In this document: positions 18,683 to 27,827 of the stretch, one piece after another
How the letters are laid out: each line of letters begins with the position of its first letter
Position numbering within the stretch: position 1 is the first letter of the stretch
Virus record (IMG/VR): IMGVR_UViG_3300032255_000174
Span: 1 to 38,571 of that record
Source of the DNA: a virus
Taxonomy: Duplodnaviria; Caudoviricetes
DNA: 38,571 nt
Strand: one strand, 5' to 3'
Position numbers and translations under genes: made by a program
Notes under the pieces: generated by a model
The model's database searches: none
The model's input: only the letters and a program-made list of their open reading frames with translations
What the model was told of the DNA's origin: nothing

Positions 18683-20321
18683 CGTCGGCCTCGGCGACCG
18701 AAATCATCCCGGCAAACATGCTGGCCTGCAATGCGACCTGAAGCGTCTCGGCAAGTGCTGTGTCGTCAAGGTCAGGATAGCCCGCAATGAGCATTTCGCG
18801 GAATTCGTCAAAGGAGGTGGATGCACCAAGCATGGTCTCGATGCGGTCCATCATGCCGCGAAGTGCGGGGCGTCCAGCCTCGATCATCTGGTCGGCCAAA
18901 ATGTCCTCAACGGTATCCGCCGCAGAAACGCGCCCTGACGGGGCTTCGGCTTGGGGGGCGGTGATGGTCCGTGACTTTGCAGGTCGGGTATTAAATGGGG
19001 TTTTAACGGCGCTCTCACGCGCATTCTGGATCGGGTTGGTGGTGGGATTTGTCGGCGTGAGCGCATTTACGGCGTCAGATGTGAGAATCTCGTCGTCACC
19101 CTTGGGTTCTGCCCAACCGAATTTAGTGCTGACCTCGCGCATGGAGACACGCAAACCAAGTGGGACAAGTATCCCCAACTGTTCTGCTGCAGCCTGCAAA
19201 TCTTCTGCTTCGGCGTTGGCGATCTTGATCCGTGGATAGACCTTCTGCGGGCCATATTCAAGGTCGACCCAAGGCCGGATCAGATCACGGTTAAGGATGG
19301 CGCTTAGCGCCTTGGCATCGGCGCGCTCGATGTCTTCTTGCACCTGACGGTGTTCTTTGCCTGATCCAAGCCCGCCGGTCACTGCGTCAGTGGTGGCCGT
19401 TTGTCCGAGAACTGCTTTGGATATTTGCATATCCAGCCAATCGCTGCGCTCTTTATACAATCCAGATGCCGAGCCTACGTTTTTGGCCTCGATAAAGTCG
19501 ATCATCATCGTATCGGGGATAATCGCCGCACAGTCACCTGCGATATTTGCCACGGCGTTAAACAGGGTGTCTTTGTCCTGCTCGGATGCGCCTGCACCAA
19601 ACTTGCCGACCCGCAAGGGTTGGCCGTAGGTTTGGGTGAAGATGGCCCAATCGCGTTGGGTGTAGGCTTTGAACATCCAGCCCCACATTGCGATGCGCGA
19701 CAGGCCCGACCGCAACGACAAGCCGGACTTGGCTTTGATCTGGGTAAAGATGAACTTGAACGGATCAAGTGGACGCTCTAGTCCATTCTCATCCAGCATC
19801 ACTGGTGTCGCCAGATCATTGCGGTCAAAGCGGAACCAGCGCGGGTCGCGCCATTCCAACCGCTGCGGCATCCAATCCCCCATCGACCTGTCCCAGATGA
19901 TCTCGGTGAAGCTGTAGCCTTTGCCAATGGCGTCGAGCATGTCGAATATTTCATCGGCCAGCTCATCGCGCTTGAGCCAGTCTCGGATCATGTCAGCGAT
20001 TTCGACGTCTCGCGTGTCTTCGCTGCCCGCTTCGACGGTGATGTCGATCTGGCTGACAGAGCGGCGGCGTGTGCCCAAGACGCCGACGTAATGCGGGTCA
20101 CGCTCTTCGATGATTTCGGCCAGCTCGAGGTATTGGATCGGGTCACCATGATCGGCAGCGCGCAGGATTTGCGCCAAACGCACTGGATCAAGACCATCGG
20201 CTGGCGTGCCTGAAATCGGAGAGCGGACGCCGCCAATAGTTGCAGCAGCGACCTCTTGCGTCAGAACCTTGCGCTGGACGGGTTTTCCCCAGCGGTCGAG
20301 TAATTGTGGTGTGCGGCCCAT
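18675..20321 (-). CDS. Portal protein (Mu gp29, DUF935)
   Basis: IEERDPH, DAIGKGYSFTEIIW, YGQPLRVGK, ISKAVLGQT. Confidence 0.95.
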   Translation of the reverse strand: MGRTPQLLDRWGKPVQRKVLTQEVAAATIGGVRSPISGTPADGLDPVRLAQILRAADHGDPIQYLELAEIIEERDPHYVGVLGTRRRSVSQIDITVEAGSEDTRDVEIADMIRDWLKRDELADEIFDMLDAIGKGYSFTEIIWDRSMGDWMPQRLEWRDPRWFRFDRNDLATPVMLDENGLERPLDPFKFIFTQIKAKSGLSLRSGLSRIAMWGWMFKAYTQRDWAIFTQTYGQPLRVGKFGAGASEQDKDTLFNAVANIAGDCAAIIPDTMMIDFIEAKNVGSASGLYKERSDWLDMQISKAVLGQTATTDAVTGGLGSGKEHRQVQEDIERADAKALSAILNRDLIRPWVDLEYGPQKVYPRIKIANAEAEDLQAAAEQLGILVPLGLRVSMREVSTKFGWAEPKGDDEILTSDAVNALTPTNPTTNPIQNARESAVKTPFNTRPAKSRTITAPQAEAPSGRVSAADTVEDILADQMIEAGRPALRGMMDRIETMLGASTSFDEFREMLIAGYPDLDDTALAETLQVALQASMFAGMISVAEADDA

Positions 20322-20378
20322 GTTATGATCTTTCCATAATGCAGTTACTTGACGTCAGGCGGCGGTGGGTTTGGTCCA

Positions 20379-22055
20379 TCACAGGCCCCCTCGGATGCGG
20401 ACACCCAATGGTTGGCGGTAGGGGTTTTTCTCATGGCGGTCGTCATGCTTTGGATAGTTCGACATCTCACCAGGTGCGATGTCCACCGCACGCGGCACAG
20501 GGCGGTATCCATATTCGATCCAGCGCATCCGGCTCGCGAAATACGCCAATGCCAGACCGACGGCATAGTCGCCGTGTCGCTTTTTGGCTTTTGCGCCGGT
20601 CTCGGACGTGCGGGTCGGTGGGATGCGTGGAATGCCCCTGATTTCTTTGACGATACGCATGTCTGACAGGTGGTCATCATCTGCGACGATGGCGATTGAG
20701 TTGTCTTCAAAGGCGGCTTTGAGCGGCGGCATATTGAGCCGATACCAATCCTCCGAGAACTTGATCTCCCAAACGAGGCCAGCGCTGTCTTCAGAGGCCC
20801 GCAGCCCATACATGCGGCCCAAGTCCTCGGCGAGATTGGCACCGATGCCTGTGGCGTCAACAGCGAAGCCGACAAGCCGGTGCCGGATGTGATCAATGAT
20901 GGTTTTGCAGATCATCTTTTGCTCGGCAAAAGGCACACCGCGCAGCTCGACGCAGAGCGCTTCGGTGCGCTTGAGGTTTTGCTCGATCGCAAGAATTGGG
21001 ATCACGGAAAGATCGGAGACCCGTGCCACGTCAAAGCCACCCGCATAGCGTTTCTCAAGGTCAAGCGTTTCAAGGGCTGTCTCCAACGTCTCCATGAAGG
21101 GTGACAGCAGCGATTGCCGCTCCAGCTCGGGGCGGTGCAGGTAGTCGGCCGGAAGCTCCAGGCGCAGGATCGGCGAGGTTGCGGTCATGCGCGCCTCGAT
21201 CAGCGGGGCAGGAAGCCATGTGCCGGATCCCATGGATGGAACGCAGAACAATTCTTGATCGGCGCTGGAGCCATAGAAGTCGATCAGATTGTCACGCCAT
21301 TCGGCTTCGCCCGCTGCGGTCCATTCGGTGCCATTAACCAGACAGATGCGCTGGAAGAGACCATCGTTGAGCGCATTATCCAGATCGATGCGGATGTGCA
21401 TACCCGGTTTACGGCCCGCCAGCATGTCTTGGATATGCGCGTTAAACGGGTTTTCCGTGCCAAAATGGGTCGAGCACACCACAACCTGACCGCCCCACAT
21501 CAGGAAGGCCATTGCGGCCTCGATCAACCGTTCCAGATCATCAACAAATGCGGCTTCGTCTATGATGACGAGACCTTGCTTGCCGCGCAGGCCGCGCGGT
21601 GCAGAGGAAAGCGCCATGATTTCAAAGCCGGATGCAAACCGGATGCGGAAGGCTTGAATGGACTTGTCACCCTCGTCGTCGCCTTGGTCAAACAGGAAGC
21701 TCTCTTGCGCCAAAGCAGCGATCGAGAAGGCCTTCGCCCACATGGCACAGGCGTCGATGAACTCGCGGGTCATCTCACGTGAATACGAGATATATATGAC
21801 GTCCATGCCGCCAGCTTTCTTCTGCTTGCCAGCCCGCAAGACAGCCGCAGCAGCCAAAGCCCAAGTCAGGCCGATCCGGCGCGACTTTTCGATAAACAGA
21901 ACTTGTGCAGAAACACTGTCGAGCAGTGAAACGGCACGTTGTTGATATCCAAGCAGAACGGCGGGCAAGCCCACTTCGCCGATGACGTCTGGCATACCTG
22001 ACGTGGCTTCAACGCGCTGGCGCTCCCACTCGGCTTTTGAGATAGGCGCGGTCAT
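20379..22055 (-). CDS. Terminase large subunit (Mu gp28-like)
   Basis: EKSRRIGLTW Walker A-like, IIDEAAF Walker B, GFDVAR, VDATGIG, HGDYA nuclease motifs. Confidence 0.95.
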   Translation of the reverse strand: MTAPISKAEWERQRVEATSGMPDVIGEVGLPAVLLGYQQRAVSLLDSVSAQVLFIEKSRRIGLTWALAAAAVLRAGKQKKAGGMDVIYISYSREMTREFIDACAMWAKAFSIAALAQESFLFDQGDDEGDKSIQAFRIRFASGFEIMALSSAPRGLRGKQGLVIIDEAAFVDDLERLIEAAMAFLMWGGQVVVCSTHFGTENPFNAHIQDMLAGRKPGMHIRIDLDNALNDGLFQRICLVNGTEWTAAGEAEWRDNLIDFYGSSADQELFCVPSMGSGTWLPAPLIEARMTATSPILRLELPADYLHRPELERQSLLSPFMETLETALETLDLEKRYAGGFDVARVSDLSVIPILAIEQNLKRTEALCVELRGVPFAEQKMICKTIIDHIRHRLVGFAVDATGIGANLAEDLGRMYGLRASEDSAGLVWEIKFSEDWYRLNMPPLKAAFEDNSIAIVADDDHLSDMRIVKEIRGIPRIPPTRTSETGAKAKKRHGDYAVGLALAYFASRMRWIEYGYRPVPRAVDIAPGEMSNYPKHDDRHEKNPYRQPLGVRIRGGL

Positions 22056-22267
22056 TGATCAAGCCTTTCAGAAACGCGGCGTTCGATTTCATAGATATCG
22101 TCACCGTCCAAGTATTGTGCGGTGTGCTCGATGTGGTGTTCGGCCCCATCGTGCATGCAAATGACCAAGCGACTTGCCCCACTGCCATTTCTGGCACGAC
22201 TATCGTCTATCTCCGTCGAAGCGATAAAAACAGGATTGAGGTTGAGCCCACGTTTGATCAGCATCAC
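22052..22267 (-). CDS. Hypothetical protein (71 aa)
   Basis: Translationally coupled to both neighbours. Confidence 0.6.
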   Translation of the reverse strand: MMLIKRGLNLNPVFIASTEIDDSRARNGSGASRLVICMHDGAEHHIEHTAQYLDGDDIYEIERRVSERLDQ

Positions 22268-22455
22268 CTTCTTCCTTTCGATTTGAGCATCGCGCGCAGC
22301 GATCTGCTCTTTTTCTTAGGGTCGGGTCGTGGATCATCAATCGGTCGGCCAAGGTTTCGGTGCTTCGGCGCACCGCCTTGGTATTCTGGCGCCTCATGGC
22401 ATCCAGAAGACAGAATAATTGAAGCGAGGGACATCGGGCCGCGTTGCTGCCACAT
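22264..22455 (-). CDS. Hypothetical basic protein (63 aa)
   Basis: ATG at 22455 overlaps upstream TGA; stop overlaps next start. Confidence 0.5.
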   Translation of the reverse strand: MWQQRGPMSLASIILSSGCHEAPEYQGGAPKHRNLGRPIDDPRPDPKKKSRSLRAMLKSKGRR

Positions 22456-22751
22456 CAGATGCTCTCCCAGTAGCCATTGCGCAGCCAGCCATGCCAGTGG
22501 CCTATATGGTGCACAGACGGGCTGAGTGTTGGCTCGGTCAGCGATCCGTTCCAGCGCCAACTGGGGCGCGTCCCACCGGGCTTGTGACCTTTGCCGATGA
22601 GCAGGCGTCCGACAACGCCGCAACCACAAGGGCACAGGTAAATGAATTCAAACAGATCCCGATGCTGGCGCGGCTCAAGGCAAAAACTGCCCGCAAGATT
22701 GGCGTTTTCAAGCTGCGCGCGGTCGTCCATTTGAAGCGCCCTTAAAATCAC
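22455..22751 (-). CDS. DUF6527-like Cys/His protein
   Basis: CPCGCG, WRWNGS...PTLSPSV, HWHGWLRNG. Confidence 0.75.
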   Translation of the reverse strand: MILRALQMDDRAQLENANLAGSFCLEPRQHRDLFEFIYLCPCGCGVVGRLLIGKGHKPGGTRPSWRWNGSLTEPTLSPSVHHIGHWHGWLRNGYWESI

Positions 22752-23335
22752 GATTTCACCCCCAGAATTTCAGATTTCACCCGATCAGCAACTTCTTTGG
22801 TCATGCCGATTTCTTTGGCAGCGGTATCGACAGCCTTCTCGACGCTGGCATCAAATTCGTCGTCAGATGCGCGCCGACCGGCTGCGGACATATTCTGTGC
22901 CTGCTGGACCTGACGGAAGGCCGAGGCCAGTTGCATGACGTCTTTGGTTGACACGCTGTCCTGGTCGGCACTGGCGACAATCGAGAACACAAGGCTTTTG
23001 ATCGTTTCCGCCAGCATCTTGGACAGATCATCAGATCCCTTGGTATCGAACTTGTCCGAGATCGCTTTGACGATTGCTTGGGTATCATCGATGTGACGCG
23101 TGAGCTTGGCCTGCCGCATCGAATAGCGATGAAAAGACGACGAGGCGGGGATGTTGAATTCCAGCTCGCCCTTGCTTTGCGCCATCAGCTCTTCGCACTG
23201 ACGCGTGAAGTCGGCATAGATGTCTGTCTGGGTCTCGACCCGCGCCGCCAAAGCTTGCGCCGCCCACGAGATTATGTGGTCGGCTTCAGGTGGCATCAGA
23301 TCGATGGCGGTAAGGCGTCCGCGTCCAGTGGCCAT
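22748..23335 (-). CDS. Terminase small subunit (Mu gp27 / DUF3486)
   Basis: GRGRLTAIDLMP, SSFHRY, C-terminal EILGV. Confidence 0.88.
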   Translation of the reverse strand: MATGRGRLTAIDLMPPEADHIISWAAQALAARVETQTDIYADFTRQCEELMAQSKGELEFNIPASSSFHRYSMRQAKLTRHIDDTQAIVKAISDKFDTKGSDDLSKMLAETIKSLVFSIVASADQDSVSTKDVMQLASAFRQVQQAQNMSAAGRRASDDEFDASVEKAVDTAAKEIGMTKEVADRVKSEILGVKS

Positions 23336-23339
23336 GTTA

Positions 23340-23654
23340 CTACCTCGGTAATGAAGGGGGCTTGATGCCGACGATCAGGGCATCCCGGCATAGGTGGTCG
23401 GCACCTTTTTGGGTCAACTCTGCCACGATCACCGTGCCGATCCGGCGCAAGCGCACCGCACCCGCTTGGGTCTCCAGCCAACTTAACTGGGTCAGGAGGA
23501 ACTCGCGGCCACGTCGAAAGCCGAAACTTTTGAGTGTTTCATTGAGCAGATTGCTGTTCAACGAGTTGCCGGACTCATCGCTTAACGCCTTCAAGATTGT
23601 CAGGCGAGCGTCAGCGTCGTAGCTGTCGGCAAACCCTTCCCAGATGTCTGTCAT
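23340..23654 (-). CDS. Mu gp26-like winged-helix protein
   Basis: RLTILKAL, LSWLE, AELT.KG.D...GIKPP. Confidence 0.8.
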   Translation of the reverse strand: MTDIWEGFADSYDADARLTILKALSDESGNSLNSNLLNETLKSFGFRRGREFLLTQLSWLETQAGAVRLRRIGTVIVAELTQKGADHLCRDALIVGIKPPSLPR

Positions 23655-24022
23655 TTGTTGGACCTCGCAAGATTGTAAAGGTGATCTTCCAGCCGCGCCA
23701 AAGATGCTGCCGATGCATTGCCTGTTTTCTCCAAACTGACCATCTTGCCATCTAGTCCCACGATCTGAAGCTGTATCTGGTGCAGCTCGACGCGGGTCGG
23801 GAGATGATCAACATGGGTTTCCACAGATCGTAGGCGCGCATCGATGCCGCCGACTTTTTGTGACAAAGCAGCAATCTGCGGATCAGCAATTGGGCTGGTC
23901 TTTTCCAAAAGGGGATTCCCCATTTTTTTTAGGACCAGTCCGGCGATAATCACGAGAAACGCCACGACCCCGGCAACAACGTCCCCGCGCTCGCTTATGA
24001 TATTGGAAAAGATGTTTTCCAT
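23651..24022 (-). CDS. Membrane-anchored coiled-coil protein (Mu gp25 / DUF2730-like)
   Basis: N-terminal TM; RL..VE...HLPT..ELH; position before gp26. Confidence 0.75.
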   Translation of the reverse strand: MENIFSNIISERGDVVAGVVAFLVIIAGLVLKKMGNPLLEKTSPIADPQIAALSQKVGGIDARLRSVETHVDHLPTRVELHQIQLQIVGLDGKMVSLEKTGNASAASLARLEDHLYNLARSNK

Positions 24023-24414
24023 CCAAGAAACCCTCCAGAAATTGCCGTCATGAGGGTCAGCAGCGCGTAATTTGCGGGCGCTGTTGTAGAGACATCACTT
24101 GCGACGAAATTAACCGTGATCGCAGCCCAACATCCTGCGGCAAGAGCCATGCCAATAAAGCGGACTTCGTTGGTGTGTGCGTGCCTTAGAAAGATGCCCG
24201 TCATCTGCAAGAGCGCCGCCGCAGAGAATATGGCAGCCCAAACAGTTGCAGGAAGAGACTGGAACGTCTGATAACTATCGCGGGCGAGCACCAGTGGATC
24301 GGTGATCAAAACCTTTGACCAAGCCAGCAGGTTGAGCGCCGAAAACAACTCTACCGGACGGACGTGATCGTATAAGACGAAGCCGTAAAATCGCTTGGGA
24401 TTTAGCCAACGCAC
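23995..24414 (-). CDS. Multi-pass membrane protein of lysis cassette (holin candidate)
   Basis: Three to four hydrophobic segments. Confidence 0.6.
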   Translation of the reverse strand: MRWLNPKRFYGFVLYDHVRPVELFSALNLLAWSKVLITDPLVLARDSYQTFQSLPATVWAAIFSAAALLQMTGIFLRHAHTNEVRFIGMALAAGCWAAITVNFVASDVSTTAPANYALLTLMTAISGGFLGWKTSFPIS

Positions 24415-24415
24415 C

Positions 24416-24814
24416 TTATTTTGCCCGCGAAATTAAGTTTGAAACAGCGTCCCCAAGGAACTGCTTGCCCACTTCTGTAAGCTTTGCCTCGGCCAAGTCT
24501 TTCAACGTCTGGGGAGACGCTTTTAGACGGTGCACTGCATCTTTCGCTCCGACGCCGGTCACATGGTCCAGAACCGTTCTGATCATTGCATCGGACTTCG
24601 GTCCAGTTGCGGTGGCGGTGGGATCAAAGCGTGAAAATGCCATCATGGCCCCGGTCGTGAGGGCAGAATGGAGCGTCTCGCGCGCACGCGCATCCATTTC
24701 ATATCCCCAGCGGGCCTCTAGGCGACGCGCGACCCAGCCGACAATACCGGTGACCGCGACGCCTGTGAGGGCCATGAGCGATTGTGTGATTTCGGGGGTT
24801 AAGAAATTAAGCAT
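24416..24814 (-). CDS. Single-TM lysis protein (holin candidate)
   Basis: N-terminal TM, RETLHSAL.TG; directly after endolysin. Confidence 0.6.
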   Translation of the reverse strand: MLNFLTPEITQSLMALTGVAVTGIVGWVARRLEARWGYEMDARARETLHSALTTGAMMAFSRFDPTATATGPKSDAMIRTVLDHVTGVGAKDAVHRLKASPQTLKDLAEAKLTEVGKQFLGDAVSNLISRAK

Positions 24815-24839
24815 GGGTGACCTTTCGGGTGTGTTTATG

Positions 24840-25721
24840 TCAGGACGGGATGCGGTTTTCTAAAGCCGCTGATTGGCTGGTATATCGGGCAACGATCCAA
24901 CCAGATTGACCGCCATAGGCGACTTTGAACCATTGATGGCCCAAGAAGGAGCCAACACGGATAAGGGGCACTTGCGTGCCATGCGGGATGCTTGCGATCA
25001 CGTTGGGATTGAACGATGGCCAACGTCGCAGGCTCAGTGTGTTTCCGGGTGTGTTGACCACAACCCATTCATCGCGATATTTGGGCGGCACTGATCCGGC
25101 ATCAGCGGCGTCTTCAGAAGGCTCCGAGCGGCCAAGGACTTGGGCGCGGACTTCCGCGAGCGGAAAGAGCGGGTTGGTATCAACCTTGCGGCCCGGCGAG
25201 ACGAACCAATGTGGTTGGATGTCGATCAGGCTGCCTTTGTAGGCAAAGAGGCCGTGGCATAGGTCAAGCACGGTGCTGATCTGGGCTTCTGTGTAGGGCA
25301 TCCACCAGTGATCGCCGTGTTGCGGCGTGCTGATGCGCTGGATGCCGTGTTCGGCGTTGTCAAAGACCTCACCATACCACGCCCGCGACTTGCCTTCGCC
25401 CGCAAAGGTCATGCGACCGGGGTTGACGATTTCAATGCCAATCGAGAAGTCGTTACATCCCGACCGGCCATTGTATTCGGACCGGCCTGCATGGTTTGCG
25501 CCACGATTAAGAGCAACCTGCTGCTGGGCCACGCCGGATCGTTCCACGACAAAGTGGACGCTAACCTTGGCGGTGTTGTTCTGCAGGTAGCGGGCGGCGC
25601 TCAATTCCGTCAGACGGCTGGCCGTGTCATGCACAATAACAAGGCTCGGCGTGATGGTGCCGCGCTGATATTTGGCCTGCGCAAATGTCATTCCAACAGC
25701 GCGATTGTTCTTGAACTGCAT
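24840..25721 (-). CDS. Endolysin: N-acetylmuramoyl-L-alanine amidase with C-terminal SH3b domain
   Basis: VIVHDTA, SVHFVV, ANHAG.S, SIGIEIVN, PGRKVD; LSLRRWPS...WFKVAYGGQSGWI. Confidence 0.9.
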   Translation of the reverse strand: MQFKNNRAVGMTFAQAKYQRGTITPSLVIVHDTASRLTELSAARYLQNNTAKVSVHFVVERSGVAQQQVALNRGANHAGRSEYNGRSGCNDFSIGIEIVNPGRMTFAGEGKSRAWYGEVFDNAEHGIQRISTPQHGDHWWMPYTEAQISTVLDLCHGLFAYKGSLIDIQPHWFVSPGRKVDTNPLFPLAEVRAQVLGRSEPSEDAADAGSVPPKYRDEWVVVNTPGNTLSLRRWPSFNPNVIASIPHGTQVPLIRVGSFLGHQWFKVAYGGQSGWIVARYTSQSAALENRIPS

Positions 25722-25793
25722 GACTGATCCCACTTTCAAACCAGCGAAACGACTGGCGCGATGTGGTGTCAGAATGACTTTTTGCTAGGTGGG

Positions 25794-25819
25794 AAAACTA
25801 CGCACAACGGTTTGTGGGG
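25794..25819 (-). promoter_or_regulatory. Late promoter activator site upstream of lysis operon
   Basis: AAAACTACGCACAACGGTTTGTGGGG with dyad CACAA-N4-TTGTG; near-identical copy at 16764. Confidence 0.8.
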
Positions 25820-25822
25820 GAC

Positions 25823-26206
25823 TTAATCAAACAGGCCGGGCTGATCTGATTTATAGTCGGGTGCAGGCCTCTTGACGCGATCTGGATCAAGATAGGATCG
25901 GACCGTGTTATCGGTGACCCGCACTTTCCGCGCCACCTGCGCAATAGTCAATCCCCGTGTGATCAGGACGCGGGCAATATAAGAATCTGCTTTTGGAACG
26001 CGGCGGGGTAGGCGTGATTGTGCGGCGGCAAGACGTTTGACCGCGTCTACACCAATCAGGTCCACCAGTTCGGTTTTCGCTTCGGTGTTCCACTTGAAAT
26101 AAAGCTCGGCTCCGCCAAAGTTCAGCAGGAATTCGACAGCAACGTCCTCACCAAGAATATTGACGTATGGCTCGACATGCGCGGGCGGACGGATTGGGTC
26201 AGTCAT
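25823..26206 (-). CDS. Mor/C-like transcription activator
   Basis: FLLNFGGAELY; C-terminal HTH (GLTIAQVARKVRVTDNTVRSYL); position just before lysis genes. Confidence 0.8.
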   Translation of the reverse strand: MTDPIRPPAHVEPYVNILGEDVAVEFLLNFGGAELYFKWNTEAKTELVDLIGVDAVKRLAAAQSRLPRRVPKADSYIARVLITRGLTIAQVARKVRVTDNTVRSYLDPDRVKRPAPDYKSDQPGLFD

Positions 26207-26236
26207 GCGGCCCCCTTTGCAGAGGGCCGCAATGCG

Positions 26237-26434
26237 TCAGGCGAGTGGCACCCAATGGTCGTTAAGTTCTTGGGCCGCAGGTTCCAGTTTGGCGTGAATG
26301 AGCCGCAAAACATCTTCAAGGCCGCGCCGCTCGACGGGTTCATTGCACATGGTGAGCATACTGATAACGCCGTAAAGCGCGGATGTTGCTTCCAAAGCCG
26401 CGTCCCTTGGGTCTGATTTTTGAAGATCAGCCAT
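26237..26434 (-). CDS. Hypothetical protein (65 aa) downstream of ORF6N gene
   Basis: ATG of MADLQ overlaps the ORF6N 3' end. Confidence 0.6.
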   Translation of the reverse strand: MADLQKSDPRDAALEATSALYGVISMLTMCNEPVERRGLEDVLRLIHAKLEPAAQELNDHWVPLA

Positions 26435-27065
26435 GGGTAAACATCGCCATTTGCCGATGATCGAGCGCAGAGGTCGCAAGATCGAGCGGTGTGCCCTCTG
26501 GCGCTGCTTTGATCAGACCCAGACCGATGCAATCCTTGATTGCCCGCACCAGTTTGGGCTGCGACAGCGTGACCGTCTCTTTGAGCATGTCGAAGGTCCA
26601 GCCCTCGTTGACCGCTTCCACGATCCGACCGCGCACGGGCTTGCGAAACCGCGCATCCGCACTGACCTTTTGCAACAGGAAGGTCAACTCGGCCAAGGTT
26701 TCGGCCTCCATGAGCGTAAAGGCGTCGTTGATCGCCACGGCCATCTCGTCGGCAATCTCCGAGCGCAGCACACCCGACAGCATATTCGCGCCGCCATGGG
26801 TGAAGACAAGTGGCTCCAGATCGGTGCGTTTTCCGGCAGAGGTGGCCGCATTTTGCGACCACCTCTGCTCTTCTTCCACGATTGTGAGGCGGAAGGCGTA
26901 GCGCTCGGGAAAGCGGTTCGGGTTGCGCTTGACAGCTTCGTTCACCCGTTTGGTTGTCGTGCCGTAAGCTGCGGCAATATCGGCTGCCATCATAAATGGC
27001 GGACGGTTTGGCAGATGATAAATCTGCGCACGGATACCTGAAATTGTTTCCAGCTTGATCTGCAT
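26427..27065 (-). CDS. ORF6N-domain DNA-binding protein (putative antirepressor)
   Basis: DIAAAYGTTTKRVNEAVKRNPNRFPERYAFRLT, FTHGGANMLSGVLRS; AAGGAG RBS. Confidence 0.88.
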   Translation of the reverse strand: MQIKLETISGIRAQIYHLPNRPPFMMAADIAAAYGTTTKRVNEAVKRNPNRFPERYAFRLTIVEEEQRWSQNAATSAGKRTDLEPLVFTHGGANMLSGVLRSEIADEMAVAINDAFTLMEAETLAELTFLLQKVSADARFRKPVRGRIVEAVNEGWTFDMLKETVTLSQPKLVRAIKDCIGLGLIKAAPEGTPLDLATSALDHRQMAMFTHG

Positions 27066-27103
27066 AGGATAGTTCTCCTTCGGTTACGGGGGGCATGATG
27101 CCC

Positions 27104-27184
27104 CCGGGTGTTGAAACGACTGCCGAAGGCCAGCCTCCCCATGTCTTTAGGCTTACGCCTTGGACATGCACATGGGGCACCCGG
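27104..27184 (-). ncRNA. c4-like antisense RNA (P1 C4 / P4 CI type)
   Basis: 81 nt closed by CCGGGTG/CACCCGG; carries GCCTTCGG and GTTTCAA complementary to upstream TTGAAAC (27255-27261) and ACCGAAGGC (27230-27238) and to ACCGAAGG over the ORF6N RBS (27077-27084). Confidence 0.82.
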
Positions 27185-27280
27185 AGAATGATCGTCTCTG
27201 ATTGTGAGACGCCATGTCGGGGCGTAACCGCCTTCGGTATCGTTGTCGGAGCAGGTTTCAAACTGCTTCCTGACAACCCG

Positions 27281-27309
27281 AATGTGGGACGGTTCGCCTG
27301 AATTGTCAA
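27281..27309 (-). promoter_or_regulatory. Promoter of the c4-ORF6N transcript
   Basis: TTGACA-N17-CACATT on the minus strand. Confidence 0.65.
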
Positions 27310-27364
27310 TTGGTGGTTGCGAATCAATGTGGATCGCGAGGACGCTGTCCAAAATGGAGGGCGC

Positions 27365-27808
27365 ATGATGGAACGATTCGGGACGGATTTGATGACCATG
27401 TTTCTGGCGACATCATGTCCAGAGCATGAAAACGGGCCGCGAGAATATCCCAGTTGGGAAGATGTCTCGCAATTGTTCTTTGATAACGCCGAGATGATCC
27501 GCGCCGCCGCAGAAAAAGGTGGGCGCGTTTGGTCACAAGATGCGCCCGAGCAGTTGGATATTTGGCTGATGGCCATGTCGGAAGCGGGGACCTTTGACGC
27601 AGCGCATACATTGCCATTTGTTGTGGCAGAAGAACTTTGGCGGCGGTGGTCGTTTGCGATAGCCGCGGCAATGTTGGAACACGAGGCTGGCGAGCCGTTG
27701 AATTTGCCGCTCCCAAGAGAAGCTTCCGATCCAATAAAAGGGCTTGCGGTCATGCTATACATCCTTGGCGGACCTGCGAGGGCATATCCAATCGAATTTG
27801 TGAAGTAA
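27365..27808 (+). CDS. Hypothetical protein transcribed opposite to the lytic operon (moron-like)
   Basis: GGAGG RBS before ATGATG; fills an otherwise empty 450-bp gap. Confidence 0.7.
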   Translation: MMERFGTDLMTMFLATSCPEHENGPREYPSWEDVSQLFFDNAEMIRAAAEKGGRVWSQDAPEQLDIWLMAMSEAGTFDAAHTLPFVVAEELWRRWSFAIAAAMLEHEAGEPLNLPLPREASDPIKGLAVMLYILGGPARAYPIEFVK

Positions 27809-27827
27809 CCCAGCGTCTGTTTCACTC

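Noticed and set aside
23651-24814. Spanin (Rz/Rz1) genes
   Set aside because: No lipobox-bearing ORF recognised; roles of the membrane proteins left open
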